From the NCBI GenBank assembly GCA_030141605.1, contig JAQGDQ010000164.1, positions 1 to 64,000 of the forward strand: a stretch of DNA of 64,000 nt. Reading direction: 5' to 3'. Within the stretch, counting starts at the first letter, position 1, and each line of letters starts with the position of its first letter. The stretch is from Tubiluchus corallicola. Taxonomy: Eukaryota > Animalia > Priapulida. This document shows positions 52,201 through 64,000 of the stretch, one piece after another. The notes beneath the pieces are model-generated. The model saw only the letters and a program-made list of their open reading frames with translations, was not told where the DNA came from and ran no database searches. The translations under genes and the position numbers were made by a program.

Positions 52201-55200
52201 TCCCGTTCCAGCAAGGTGCACATTTCCTTTGAAGACAACAGTTCTTGGGCGTGTTCTTGTCTTTCTCGATCTATTGTGGTTTGTAGATCATTCCGTACTG
52301 ATTCTACGGTGGAATTCAGTTGCTACAAAAAAAAAACTACTCCATCATTACTGTAATGAAGAAGCAACTTAAACATGGACAAACACAAAATCTAACCTTT
52401 CACAGAAAAAAACGGAAAGCGAAAGTTATTTACAGTTTGAACTGAAGTTGGTTATTTTATCATTAGAATATGAAATGAAAAGGCACAATCGAAACAAAAT
52501 GTTCCTTAACTTCCCGGTGCCATCCTACAGCAGCCACTTGCATTGTGTATTCATCGTGCTGATTATACTAGAAGTCAAAGCATCGTGCTGATTATACTAG
52601 AAGTCAAAGCATCGTGCTGATTATACTAGAAGTCAAAGCATCGTGCTGATTATACTAGAAGTCAAAGCATCGTGCTGATTATACTAGAAGTCAAAGCATC
52701 GTGCTGATTATACTAGAAGTCAAAGCATCGTGCTGATTATACTAGAAGTCAAAGCATCGTGCTGATTATACTAGAAGTCAAAGCATCGTGCTGATTATAC
52801 TAGAAGTCAAAGCATCGTGCTGATTATACTAGAAGTCAAAGCATTGTGCTGATTATACTAGAAGTCAAAGCATCGTGCTGATTATACTAGAAGTCAAAGC
52901 ATCGTGCTGATTATACTAGAAGTCAAAGCATCGTGCTGATTATACTAGAAGTCAAAGTTCAATCAATTTGTGGAATGCTACTTTATCAAGAAATTGTTTC
53001 TTATTAACTTCAAGAAAAAAACAGATAACTTTTAACATTAGCCAATTAGTTATAAGATTTCTATATTTCATGACTTACATTCACATTATTTAAATTTTAA
53101 ATGTGACCCTGTATTTTGAATGATCACTAGTCTACTTGATGCAAACGATATAAAATAGATAAACTGTTCAAGAACAAAAAATAATCGATGATATATCAAG
53201 GAACACATCCCCTGAACTCAATGATTTTGAGAAACAAAACTTCCACTTGTGCAAAGCTGTAGTATGACCATCTATAAACATGAGCGAATGTTGCATTGTT
53301 TCTCTTAATTCACTAACCACTCATCTCTAATAGAGTATGGCTTCAAGTGTTCATCTTATGAAAGCTGTTCAGGTTTCATTTTGCTAATATTCATGCATTC
53401 TTATTCATGCTGGTAGCACCTGGCTGGGTTTGATAATAAAAAGGAAGCCAGAATGTAAATCCTACAGAGGTTCCTCCTGATGGCTTCAAATGTTATGAAA
53501 CTATTTGTAGCGTAAATGATGCGTGTTGCCTTGGCAAGTCTGTAATTTTAGTACAAAATAACAAAACCTCTTTTAGAAAGGTATTCAGATTTCATATCTC
53601 ATTTTTCTCACCTGAACTTGTGTCTGTAATTCCCCAGACTTCCGTTTCTCTTCATCTAAATAACCACATACAGATTTACACTCATCTGTTTGAGACCTCA
53701 GCGAATCTTCCACCTCTTTTAATCGCATTGCCTTTTCATCTTTCTGCTGCTGCAAATGTTGCTTTTCCATGTGCAGAGAGGTGATTGTCTGTTGCATGTT
53801 GCTCTCTAACTCACTTTTCTCTTTCAACGTTTCATCTACACGAGCTTGTAAAGAGACTTCAGACTGCGTCTTTGCTGCAACAGTGGCACGCTCTTCTATT
53901 ACCTGCTCCTGAGTCGCAGAAAGCTCAGATTTCAAAATTGCTACTTCATTTGCATGAGATTGTTTTGTATCTTGAAGCTGTTTTTCTATCTCAGCCTAGA
54001 AATATAAACAAAATTATTTCCTAATGATTAATTACCCTCAACACACCAAATATTGATAAAAATCTATACAATTTTGAATGCACACGTTATGTTAGGCCAA
54101 GTGAACTAAACTGCAAAACCACGTTCAGTAAATTTATACGATGAGTTAAAGACAAACAAATCTGACCAAAAATACCACTAGCAGCACTTTGAGTTCAACA
54201 AATACTTTTATCCAGGATGTTAAGGAAAACTAATATGCAAAACTGTTGCAATATTAATAGACTAGCCAAAAAGTGTATTAAAAATTACTATTGTAGGAGG
54301 TTTAGGATTGCTATGATAATGACATACTGTAAATGTACTAAGAAAGACAGTAGTTTAGGTCTAAAAGTGCAATACATTCTCTTATGAAATTGACAAATGA
54401 AATATAGGAACTGTGCTAAACAGTGCAAGCTGATACAAAACATTCAGATCTTTTTCAGGTTGTCAACATATTAAAAGTGATCATCTTCATCAAAGATTTA
54501 AAAACTTTTCAGTGCAAGCTATTGGTATAATGAAAATCATATTGAAATCATAGTAAATGGTAAAATTGCAATAAATGTACTTAGCAAGCAATCACTTCTC
54601 AATTGTGGTAAATTCACTGTGTGGTAAATATTTATCACCTTTTCACCATCAAGCTGAACCCGAAGACTAGCCAAATTTGTCTGTGATGTTTCCATGGCAA
54701 TTTGCATCTCTGTTATCTTCTCTTGCAATGTGCAAATTTCCTTTGACAATTTTTCTTTCTCCATATTTACGTTTTCCAACTATAAGACACAAAATCAGGT
54801 AAAAATACGAATGAGTGGAAAATAAAGTATTTTTATTCCCACTTATTGTGTTATAACAATTTACAATAAATAAAGAATTTTGACTTGTAGATAAAAATAC
54901 TAGATAAAAAGTAGATAACAAATAGACAGATGGATACTAGATAATAGAGAATAATAAGAAGTAATAGCAAATTAGAAATTAACTAAGACAGTTGAACAAT
55001 CTAATCAGAAGATGCCAAAAAGACAGACTTTTGTAAAAAGCCCATTAAACTGAAATCAAATTATTAAATACAGCACATTTTTGACTAAATAAGACAGCAC
55101 AAAAACAGGCTCAACGACTAATTAGTTGTCTAATTCTGATTTAACTATTTTGTTAAGAAAGAATAGAGGAAGTTGTTTGCAAGCACAATAAGAATAGAGG

Positions 55201-58200
55201 AAGTTGCTGGCACAATAAGAATAGAGGAAGTTGCTTGCAAGCACAATAAGAGTAGAGGAAGGTGCTTGCAAGCACAATAAGAGTAGAGGAAGTTGTTTGC
55301 AAGCACAACAAGAATAGAGGAAGTTGTTTGCAAGCACAATAAGAATAGAGGAAGTTGCTTGCAAGCACAATAAGAGTAGAGGAAGGTGCTTGCAAGCACA
55401 ATAAGAGTAGAGGAAGTTGTTTGCAAGCACAACAAGAATAGAGGAAGTTGTTTGCAAGCACAATAAGAATAGAGGAAGTTGCTTGCAAGCACAATAAGAG
55501 TAGAGGAAGGTGCTTGCAAGCACAATAAGAATAGAGGAAGTTGTTTGCAAGCACAATAAGAGTAGAGGAAGGTGCTTGCAAGCACAATAAGAATAGAGGA
55601 AGTTGCTTGTAAACACAAAAAGAATAGAGGAACTTGCTTGCAAGCACAATAAGAATAGAGGAAGTTGCTTGCAAGCACAATAAGAATAGAGGAAGTTGTT
55701 TGCAAGCACAATAAGAATAGAGGAAGTTGCTTGCAAACACAAAAAGAATAGAGGAACTTGCTTGCAAGCACAATAAGAATAGAGGAACTTGCTTGCAAGC
55801 ACAATAAGAATAGAGGAAGTTGCTTGCAAACACAAAAAGAATAGAGGAAGTTGCTTGCAAGCACAATAAGAATAGAGGAACTTGCTTGCAAGCACAATAA
55901 GAATAGAGGAAGTTGTTTGCAAACACAAAAAGAATAGAGGAACTTGCTTGCAAGCACACTAAGAATAGAGGAAGTTGCTTGCAAGCACAATAAGAGTAGA
56001 GGAAGGTGCTTGCAAGCACAATAAGAAAATTTGCATGAATTTATTACCTTTAGAACTTTAGAAAAACTGTCAAATACATTTGCTTAAGCAAATGGACATA
56101 TTTAGTAGATAGGCTTACAAATAAAATGTGAAATTTCACTTTTATCACTTCATTTTCATAGAAATAACAAATATTCTTTTAAATTAAGTTGAATTTTTAT
56201 CGATATTCTTGTCTAATACCACTTGTTGTCAACTTTTACGTCTGTATATAAAGTCTACAGATTGTAATAAAGTTCAAGTAAAGCATTCATGTTCTAAATA
56301 TGAAAGACAAATGCTCTCAATCCTCACAATTTTAATAAAAAGCAGCTGTGCATTAGATAAAACTTACCTCTGATATGCGCTCACTTAGATCTGCCTGATG
56401 TTTCTCACTTATGGAAGTCAGAGTTGCTATTTTCTGCTCACTATTTTCTTTTTCGTTTGTCAAAGCCTCCTCTACTTCTCTCAACGCTGATGCTTTCTTT
56501 TCAAAAGTTTTCTGTGCTTCGTCCAAGGAAGCTTCTAGCTCTTTTTTCCGGATGTCTGACATTTGTAATGCATCTATTTGCGCTTTTAATTCATTGGACA
56601 ACTTAGCTACCTCATCTTGAAATGCTTTTACCTCATTTGCTTTGTCTGCAAGTTGCTTGTTAAGTGTCTCCCTCTGCTGCCCAATATCAGCAATTGCTTT
56701 GCATTTTTCATCCAACTCAGTAGTTTTGTGCAAAACTTGGGCATCGAGAGTTTGTATCTTGCCCAGCAGGCTGTCATTTTGTTCACATAATTTCTTTGTT
56801 TCATCTTCATGGCGTTTTATTTTAACTTCTTTTTCTTCAACTTGTAAAGACAAAGCACGCTTAGATTCGTCTAGACGTGCACATTTGTCAGCTAACTCCT
56901 TCACTGAATCTTGTAGTTTTGCTGTTTGTTCTCGAGTGTTGTCTAGTGCTGCCATGGTTTGTGTTATTTCACCCTGACAAGCTGATAACTCTGTTTCTTT
57001 TGCATGCAGTGAGTTCTCAATTCTTTTAATGTTGTTTTCTAATTCGGCTCGCTGGGAGTTTGTCGCTACTTCTATTGCCAACATTTCTTCTACCTGAGAA
57101 AAGAGAATAGTTCAATTGTTAATGCACAAATGTTACAAATGACTGACTGGACTTTAGTTTAATACTATGTATCATTACAGCCTGTTTATTACGTAATCAC
57201 ATAATGATTAATCATAGCAGAATCTTAGATAGTCTGGAGACTCCTAGAAACAAGGCACTAAAAATAACCAATCTTTACTTAGTTATTACTATTCACGTAA
57301 TCTTTACTTAGTTATTACTATTCAAGTAATCTTTACTTACTTATTACTATTCAAGTAATCTTTACTTAGTTATTACTATTCATGTAATCTTTACTTAGTT
57401 ATTACTATTCACGTAATCTTTACTTAGTTATTACTATTCATGTAATCTTTACTTAGTTATTACTATTCACGTAATCTTTACTTAGTTATTACTATTCAAG
57501 TAATCTTTACTTAGTTATTACTATTCATGTAATCTTTACTTACTTATTACTATTCAAGTAATCTTTACTTACTTATTACTATTCAAGTAATCTTTACTTA
57601 GTTATTACTATTCATGTAATCTTTACTTAGTTATTACTATTCATGTAATCTTTACTTAGTTATTACTATTCATGTAATCTTTACTTACTTATTACTATTC
57701 AAGTAATCTTTACTTAGTTATTACTATTCATGTAATCTTTACTTAGTTATTACTATTCACGTAATCTTTACTTAGTTATTACTATTCATGTAATCTTTAC
57801 TTAGTTATTACTATTCACGTAATCTTTACTTAGTTATTACTATTCAAGTAATCTTTACTTAGTTATTACTATTCATGTAATCTTTACTTACTTATTACTA
57901 TTCAAGTAATCTTTACTTACTTATTACTATTCAAGTAATCTTTACTTAGTTATTACTATTCATGTAATCTTTACTTAGTTATTACTATTCATGTAATCTT
58001 TACTTAGTTATTACTATTCATGTAATCTTTACTTACTTATTACTATTCAAGTAATCTTTACTTACTTATTACTATTCAAGTAATCTTTACTTACTTATCA
58101 CTATTCAAGTAATCTTTACTTACTTATTACTATTCACATAATTTTTTCCATTTATTAGTCAAATCAGAATCACACTATAAAAAACATGTGTGACAAAGGG

Positions 58201-61200
58201 CAGGATTGATGATCTCCACTAATGACTGATAACCTAAAGCAACATCATGAAATCCGTTTTTCATGAGTTACAGAATATGCACTGTGTATATTACGGAATT
58301 TCTCTTCTTTGATCTACGTGTTTTTTATAAATTACGAAAGAAGGTCCTAACCATTGCCTTGAAAAGGTTTGCAAACCTGAAAAGTACATAATAAAACAAA
58401 TAAGACCCGAGTTTTTGAGAATCAGTGCATTTTACCCCATTTTGTCATAAATACTGCCAGCTTACTATTCCTGATGCTACAGTCCTGGTTTTGAGTATGG
58501 TTAAGCACATAATGTTTCAATGAAATGTGCAGTACAGTGACTATGAACAGCATTGTTCAATGACATGTACAGTACACTGCCTACATACAGCATTGTTCAA
58601 TTACATGCGCAGCACATTGACTACATACAGCACTGTTCAATAGCATGTACAGCACATTGACTACATACAACATTGTTCAACATGTACAGCACATTGACTA
58701 CATACAACATTGTTCAACATGTACAGTACATTGACTACATACAGCATTGTTCAATAACATGTACAGTACATTGATTATGCACAGCATTGTTCAATGACAT
58801 GTGCAGTATACTGCCTACGTACAGCATTGTTCAATGACATGTGCAGTATACTGCCTACGTACACCAATGTTCAATGACATGTGCATTGCCCAATCTGCTG
58901 CAATGAAAATTCCGCATTACAGCATTTTCTCGCAAGCATTTTTGATAGACGCTGTAGTGACAGACGTTTTCACAAGCATTTTTTTAGCGATTCTGCCAAC
59001 AGCAATAAAATCACAGCGAGAAAAACACTAGTCAAAACCGGCCTTTAAACTTACCCTTGTTCTCAACTCGGATTCAAGTTGGCTTGTTTTAGCTTGTTGC
59101 GTAGAACACTTCTCAGTTAAATCCCTACAAGAACTGTCCAACTTCTCACACTTATCTGATAACTGGTGACGTTCTGATTTGGCCTGGATTAAAAAACAAG
59201 CAACAATAATGATATAAACATCAACTTCTGTTACTATGTTTTAACATTCTGTTATTCTATTCCACTAATCTAACAGTATTTCACTAATTAAGCGTCCATA
59301 CAACAGATTATTCACACTTTTCACTTTCACACAAATACTAAGTCACGCAATATGAAAATTGTCAAATGACGCACAGATTTGAGTTGACAAAGAAGTTCAT
59401 TTTTCTCCTCTCCATGTCGTTGTGATTGCACAGCTAAACTGTCTTCTGTCTCTGTTAGTCGCCTCTGCAGTGCCTCCTAGTAGAGGAAAAAACACTTCAG
59501 ACAAGTATTCTGACAAGTCAACAATGTAAGTATTGTAAGTCATGTTTAGTATAAAAACTTAGAGAAATGTGAAGAAACGAAAAGAAAAGAAACTTTAGCA
59601 CTCACATTTTCTTGTTTAAGCTGATTAATTGCAGTTTCTACACCTTCACCAGCTTCTATCTTGCCGTAAAGTTCACCTCTCTCAGTTTCTAGACGTGTAA
59701 GTTGATCACGCAATTTTGTTATGCTAGCTTCCAAGTCCTGTATTTGAGTATCCCTGTTACACAAGGTGTATAGAAGTTAGTACATAAAATGGTCGAGAAA
59801 AACACTACCATTTATACAATTTTTTTAAACTGTAAAATTGCAAATAAAAAATTTGAGACGCTATTTTGATTCGATGGTGAAATAAAATAAACAAACACGG
59901 TGCTTATTACACTCATTCGATCATTTCGACGGCAACTGTCATTTTCAATGCTATAAATCAAGCCAAAACAAATCAATACATTTATGACACAACAAACCAA
60001 GGCACAAAATATCATTACAAAATCAAGAGTGAAATTTATTTAAATTGTCATAATGCAAGTGGAAATAAGTAAGAAACTGTCAAAAAATTGTAGCTTATAC
60101 GTGAGATTCAGGCAAGGATCGCAACTACAACAAACAATTAGTTTAACAAGCAAAATTTACATAATGGGAGAAACCACTGTGAAAAGTGTTACAAGAATAA
60201 AACACAATATTCACACAATTGTATTTTCCACAGCCAAGAAGGAAGCACAATATTCACACAATTGTATTTTCCACAGCCACGAAGGAAGCACAAAATCAGA
60301 AACTTAAAACTCTTCAAAACAACAGAGAGACTCGATAATCAACATGGGCCACTACAGGACCCAATGAAACCCAGCAGTCCTTGTGGATTACAAACTCTCT
60401 GTGTTGTTTTGAAGAGTTTTGGGTTTCTCATTATTGTAGACTTTGCTTGCATTAGACTAACTGTTTGCTGTACTGTGATCTTTGCCTGAATCTCATGTTT
60501 AACGTACAATCTTTTCATGTTTTCTTTGTAGAACATTTTTCTAAGTGATTTCCACTTGTATACTGACAATTTAAATTTCACATGTCTTATTTCGTAATAT
60601 TTTGTGCCTTGGTTTATATTGTCATAAATGTGTTGATTATTTGTTTTGGCTTGATTTCTAGCATTGATAATAACAGTTACTGTGGAAACGATCATATGCG
60701 TTTAATAAACATCACGATGATTCCAGAGGCTGGTCCTTTCATGTATAAAATAAGCAAAAATAATAGTTTTTGTATAAGATGTCTGGAAAAACAAGGCTTG
60801 TTATAAAAAGTTTTATGGACAAATAGTTGAAAATTAAAAGAAACTAGGACGGTTAACTCTGCGAAGAGACAAACACATTTACATTACTTAACAGTTCATC
60901 AACACAGAGTTAATGGAGGCAGTAATATTACTCTCTGCTACATCAACTAATATTATCTTCCAAACAACTTGTAGCTGAAATATCTTTATAATAAAAATGG
61001 CTAAAACACTACACAAAACAATAAAGTTATTGTTTTATCTTAGAATTATTCATTACTTGTAGTGAATTAAACTTCTGAACTCACTTAGTTTTTAAAAATA
61101 ATTTTCAATTGTACCTAAGTGTAACAAAGACAAATAATAATTGTGTAATTTAGCCAAAAGTGAAAAGCCGAAACAAGGTTTTCAATTTAAGACACTAGTG

Positions 61201-63405
61201 CATTGTTCGCCAGAAGTATTTTAACACAACCCCTGTCATTTTTACAGCATCCATGACCATGTCAAATACTCACATAGTGGAATTATCACATAATTCCACT
61301 ATCATCTACTCACATAATTCCACTATCATCTACTCACGTAATTCCACTATCATCTACTCACATAATTCCACTATCGTCTATTCACGTAATTCCACTATCA
61401 TCTACGCACATAATTCCATTATCATCTATTCACGTAATTCCACTATCATCTACTCACGTAATTCCACTATCATCTACTCACGAAATTCCACTATCATCTA
61501 CTCACATAATTCCACTATCATCTACTCACGTAATTCCACTGTCATCTACTCACATAATTCCACTATCATCTATTCACATAATTCCACTATCATCTACTCA
61601 CGTAACTCCACTATCATCTACTCACATAATTCCACTATCATCTATTCACATAATTCCACTATCATCAACTCACGTAATTCCACTATCGTAATTCCACTAT
61701 CATCTACTCACATAATTCCACTATCATCTACTCACATAATTCCACTATCATCTACTCACATAATTCCACTATCATCTACTCACGTAATTCCACTATCATC
61801 TACTCACATAATTCCACTATCATCTACTCACATAATTCCACTATCATCTACTCACGTAATTCCACTGTCATCTACTCACGTAATTCCACTGTCATCTACT
61901 CACATAATTCCACTATCATCTACTCACGTAATTCCACTATCATCTACTCACGTAATTCCACTATCATCTACTCACATAATTCCACTATCATCTACTCACG
62001 TAATTCCACTATCATCTACTCACGTAATTCCACTGTCATCTACTCACATAATTCCACTATCATCTATTCACATAATTCCACTATCATCTATTCACATAAT
62101 TCCACTATCATCTATTCACATAATTCCACTATCATCTACTCACGTAATTCCACTATCATCTACTCACGTAATTCCACTATCATCTATTCACATAATTCCA
62201 CTATCATCTATTCACATAATTCCACTATCATCTACTCACATAATTCCACTATCATCTATTCACATAATTCCACTATCATCTATTCACATAATTCCACTAT
62301 CATCTATTCACATAATTCCACTATCATCTACTCACGTAATTCCACTATCATCTACTCACGTAATTCCACTATCATCTATTCACATAATTCCACTATCATC
62401 TATTCACATAATTCCACTATCATCTACTCACATAATTCCACTATCATCTATTCACATAATTCCACTATCATCTATTCACATAATTCCACTATCATCTATT
62501 CACATAATTCCACTATCATCTACTCACGTAATTCCACTATCATCTACTCACGTAATTCCACTATCATCTATTCACATAATTCCACTATCATCTATTCACA
62601 TAATTCCACTATCATCTACTCACATAATTCCACTATCATCTATTCACATAATTCCACTATCATCTATTCACATAATTCCACTATCATCTACTCACATAAT
62701 TCCACTATCATCTACTCACGTAATTCCACTATCATCTACTCACGTAATTCCACTATCATCTACTCACATAATTCCACTATCATCTACTCACATAATTCCA
62801 CTATCATCTACTCACGTAATTCCACTATCATCTACTCACGTAATTCCACTATCATCTATTCACATAATTCCACTATCATCTATTCACATAATTCCACTAT
62901 CATCTACTCACATAATTCCATTATCATCTACTCACATAATTCCACTATCATCTACTCACGTAATTCCACTATCATCTACTCACATAATTCCATCTACTCA
63001 CGTAATTCCACTATCATCTACTCACGTAATTCCACTATCATCTACTCACGTAATTCCACTATCATCTACTCACATAATTCCATTATCATCTACTCACATA
63101 ATTCCACTATCATCTACTCACGTAATTCCACTATCATCTACTCACACAGTTCCATCTACTCACGTAATTCCACTATCATCTACTCACGTAATTCCACTAT
63201 CATCTACTCACATAATTCCACTATCATCTACTCACCTATTTTGACTTACAAGAGTCTCTTCCTCTAGCTTTCCCTCTTTCTCTCTCATTGTTACTCTAAG
63301 TTCATCATTTACAACACACTGCTCTTTGTACTGCAGCTGCAATGTGGACAGTTCTCTTGTAAGATCGTCAATCTGGGAAACCTTCTGTTTCAATTCCATA
63401 TCACT
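46093..63405 (-). CDS. EEA1: early endosome antigen 1, 3' portion (14 exons, ~872 aa; 5' exons outside window). Exons: 63405-63236, 59753-59606, 59476-59375, 59183-59055, 57093-56368, 54779-54639, 53995-53612, 52322-52149, 51916-51857, 51749-51566, 50471-50417, 49350-49230, 48159-48061, 46218-46093
   Basis: Long coiled coil with EEA1-diagnostic segments [22 protein letters not shown] and [17 protein letters not shown]...[14 protein letters not shown], then a C-terminal FYVE domain ([25 protein letters not shown]|[15 protein letters not shown]...[11 protein letters not shown]). All junctions are GT-AG and phase-consistent by hand assembly. Confidence 0.93.
46908..47994. mobile_element. ~1.1-kb hAT-like non-autonomous element in the last EEA1 intron
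   Basis: TIRs CAGTGGCAAAGCT ... AGCTACGCAACTG; the flanking 8-mers CCTTATAG / GCTGACAG agree at 5 of 8 positions (decayed TSD). Confidence 0.45.
48061..48159 (-). CDS. EEA1: EEA1 exon (FYVE, first half)
   Basis: [33 protein letters not shown]; TAG acceptor, GTAAGT donor. Confidence 0.93.
49230..49350 (-). CDS. EEA1: EEA1 exon
   Basis: [40 protein letters not shown]; GT-AG boundaries. Confidence 0.92.
50417..50471 (-). CDS. EEA1: EEA1 exon
   Basis: [17 protein letters not shown]; GT-AG boundaries, phases match neighbours. Confidence 0.9.
50563..51452. mobile_element. ~890-bp non-autonomous DNA transposon/MITE in an EEA1 intron
   Basis: TIRs CAGGGTTCCCA ... TGGGAGCCCTG with subterminal TTTCC(C/A)(T/G)GAC repeats at both ends; no clear TSD. 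Confidence 0.6.
51566..51749 (-). CDS. EEA1: EEA1 exon
   Basis: [18 protein letters not shown]...DELRAEKL; G|GTAAAG donor. Confidence 0.88.
51857..51916 (-). CDS. EEA1: EEA1 exon (60 bp)
   Basis: [20 protein letters not shown]; GTAAGT donor; the in-phase acceptor is the CAG at 51919-51917. Confidence 0.7.
52149..52322 (-). CDS. EEA1: EEA1 exon
   Basis: [14 protein letters not shown]...QLSHEQ, coiled coil; TTTTGTAG acceptor. Confidence 0.85.
52552..52957. repeat. 29-bp minisatellite, 14 copies (EEA1 intron)
   Basis: Unit CATCGTGCTGATTATACTAGAAGTCAAAG; 406 bp = 14 x 29. Confidence 0.97.
53612..53995 (-). CDS. EEA1: EEA1 exon
   Basis: AEIEKQLQD...ELQTQVQ; 384 bp, GT-AG. Confidence 0.88.
54639..54779 (-). 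CDS. EEA1: EEA1 exon
   Basis: [14 protein letters not shown]...QLDGEK; 141 bp, GT-AG. Confidence 0.87.
55154..56026. repeat. 31-bp minisatellite, ~28 copies (EEA1 intron)
   Basis: Unit CAAGCACAATAAGAATAGAGGAAGTTGCTTG; palindrome TGCTTGCAAGCA across unit junctions. Confidence 0.96.
56368..57093 (-). CDS. EEA1: EEA1 large coiled-coil exon
   Basis: 726-bp open frame [19 protein letters not shown]...DLSERISE; TTTTCTCAG acceptor, GTAAGT donor. Confidence 0.9.
57270..58140. repeat. 29-bp AT-rich minisatellite, ~30 copies (EEA1 intron)
   Basis: Unit AATCTTTACTTA(G/C)TTATTACTATTCA(A/C/T)GT. Confidence 0.96.
58513..58885. repeat. ~40-bp degenerate tandem repeat, ~9 copies (EEA1 intron)
   Basis: Unit approximately CAGCATTGTTCAATGACATGTACAGTACACTGCCTACATA. 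Confidence 0.85.
59055..59183 (-). CDS. EEA1: EEA1 exon
   Basis: [16 protein letters not shown]...LESELRTR; GT-AG. Confidence 0.85.
59375..59476 (-). CDS. EEA1: EEA1 exon
   Basis: [34 protein letters not shown]; GTGCGT donor. Confidence 0.82.
59606..59753 (-). CDS. EEA1: EEA1 exon
   Basis: [49 protein letters not shown]; TACTAAC branch point upstream of the AACAG acceptor. Confidence 0.9.
59900..60713. repeat. long imperfect inverted repeat / fold-back element (arms ~59900-60176 and ~60421-60713; inner IR 60307-60330 / 60397-60420)
   Basis: TCAATGCTATAAATCAAGCCAAAACAAAT...AAACCAAGGCACAAAATA...TGAGATTCAGGCAA recurs as its reverse complement. The ORF track shows similar peptides on opposite strands ([17 protein letters not shown]). 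Confidence 0.85.
61266..63235. repeat. 24-bp minisatellite, ~80 copies, abutting an EEA1 splice donor
   Basis: Unit TA(C/T)TCAC(A/G)TAATTCCACTATCATC; it explains the spurious 663-aa ORF. Confidence 0.97.
63236..63405 (-). CDS. EEA1: EEA1 exon (most 5' exon confidently identified in the window)
   Basis: [29 protein letters not shown]...[11 protein letters not shown](R). The phase-2 donor AG|GTGAGT at 63236/63235 joins in frame to the 59753 exon. Confidence 0.82.
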
Positions 63406-64000
63406 CTAAATCCATATGTAATACTATATATGATATGATACATAAAATTACATGCATGACAATATTATTCAACTGATATTAGTAAACATGAATAATTCAA
63501 CATTTAATTAAAATAATATTATTTTTCATTATTACAACTTACACGTTTCTGATTTTTGTCTAAATATTTTCTGCTACATTACCTTTATGAAATCTACCTA
63601 TAGGAAGTGCAAATAATTGTCTAACCAGAGAAGTTACTAATAGATATCAGTTTTGGATTTACAAAATTTGGCAGGAAACCACTAGTGTGCAATCTGTAAA
63701 TCTGTAAAATTAAGGACCATTTTCAGATTTCAGATAGGTAAATAGTGATTTCCCATAGTTTATTACTAAAATATGGGATGACAATGTGCCCACTGGACAG
63801 GAAAGAAATAAAATGTGGTTTTAGACATGTGTCACCATTATTTTATTTTACTGTACTTGCTCTTAGTTCAAATTTAGAATTAGTTCAGATTCAACAATAA
63901 AATATACATAAATGAAAATGTAGAAAAAAACCCACCCACATCATGCACTGTGAGTAAATTTGTTCATCAAGACTAAATCTTTAGTGGATTATGAGGAGTA

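Noticed and set aside
55122-56019. Three overlapping Cys/Leu-rich ORFs of ~270-290 aa
   Set aside because: They lie wholly in the 31-bp minisatellite within an EEA1 intron, and the flanking exons join in phase without them.
61085-61114. Possible EEA1 micro-exon (strong acceptor, GTGAGT donor)
   Set aside because: It is not needed once the phase-2 donor at 63236 is used. It has a stop in phase 0, and there is no homology support for the phase-2 reading.
61253-63244. 663-aa ORF with [16 protein letters not shown] repeats
   Set aside because: Antisense translation of the 24-bp intronic minisatellite; the repeat phase shifts mid-ORF.

Overview
AT-rich, intron-rich animal (invertebrate-like) genomic DNA; the taxon cannot be determined from this window. 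Three protein-coding genes are supported. (1) An uninterrupted 4.86-kb ORF on + (32669-37525) encodes a predicted type I membrane protein with a signal peptide, a CUB-like domain, 34 EGF repeats, a WAP domain, a TM helix and a short acidic tail. (2) A complete 4-exon ZNF593/Bud20 orthologue lies on - (38647-42042, 176 aa). (3) The last 14 coding exons of EEA1 lie on - (46093-63405, coiled coil plus FYVE), with the 5' part outside the window. The first ~32 kb contains no recognisable host gene: 39-, 46-, 36- and 47-bp minisatellites, long (CT)n and (GCT)n tracts, a 5'-truncated LINE, a Tc1/mariner transposase remnant, MITE-like elements and a possible solo LTR. Most long ORFs in the supplied track are artefacts of tandem repeats. 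The most unusual observations are the intronless CUB-EGF34-WAP-TM gene, a ~2-kb 24-bp minisatellite that begins exactly at an EEA1 5' splice site and repeats GTGA(G/A)T about 80 times, a different minisatellite in several EEA1 introns, and an ~800-bp fold-back inside an EEA1 intron. All calls were made by reading the sequence; no database search was run.
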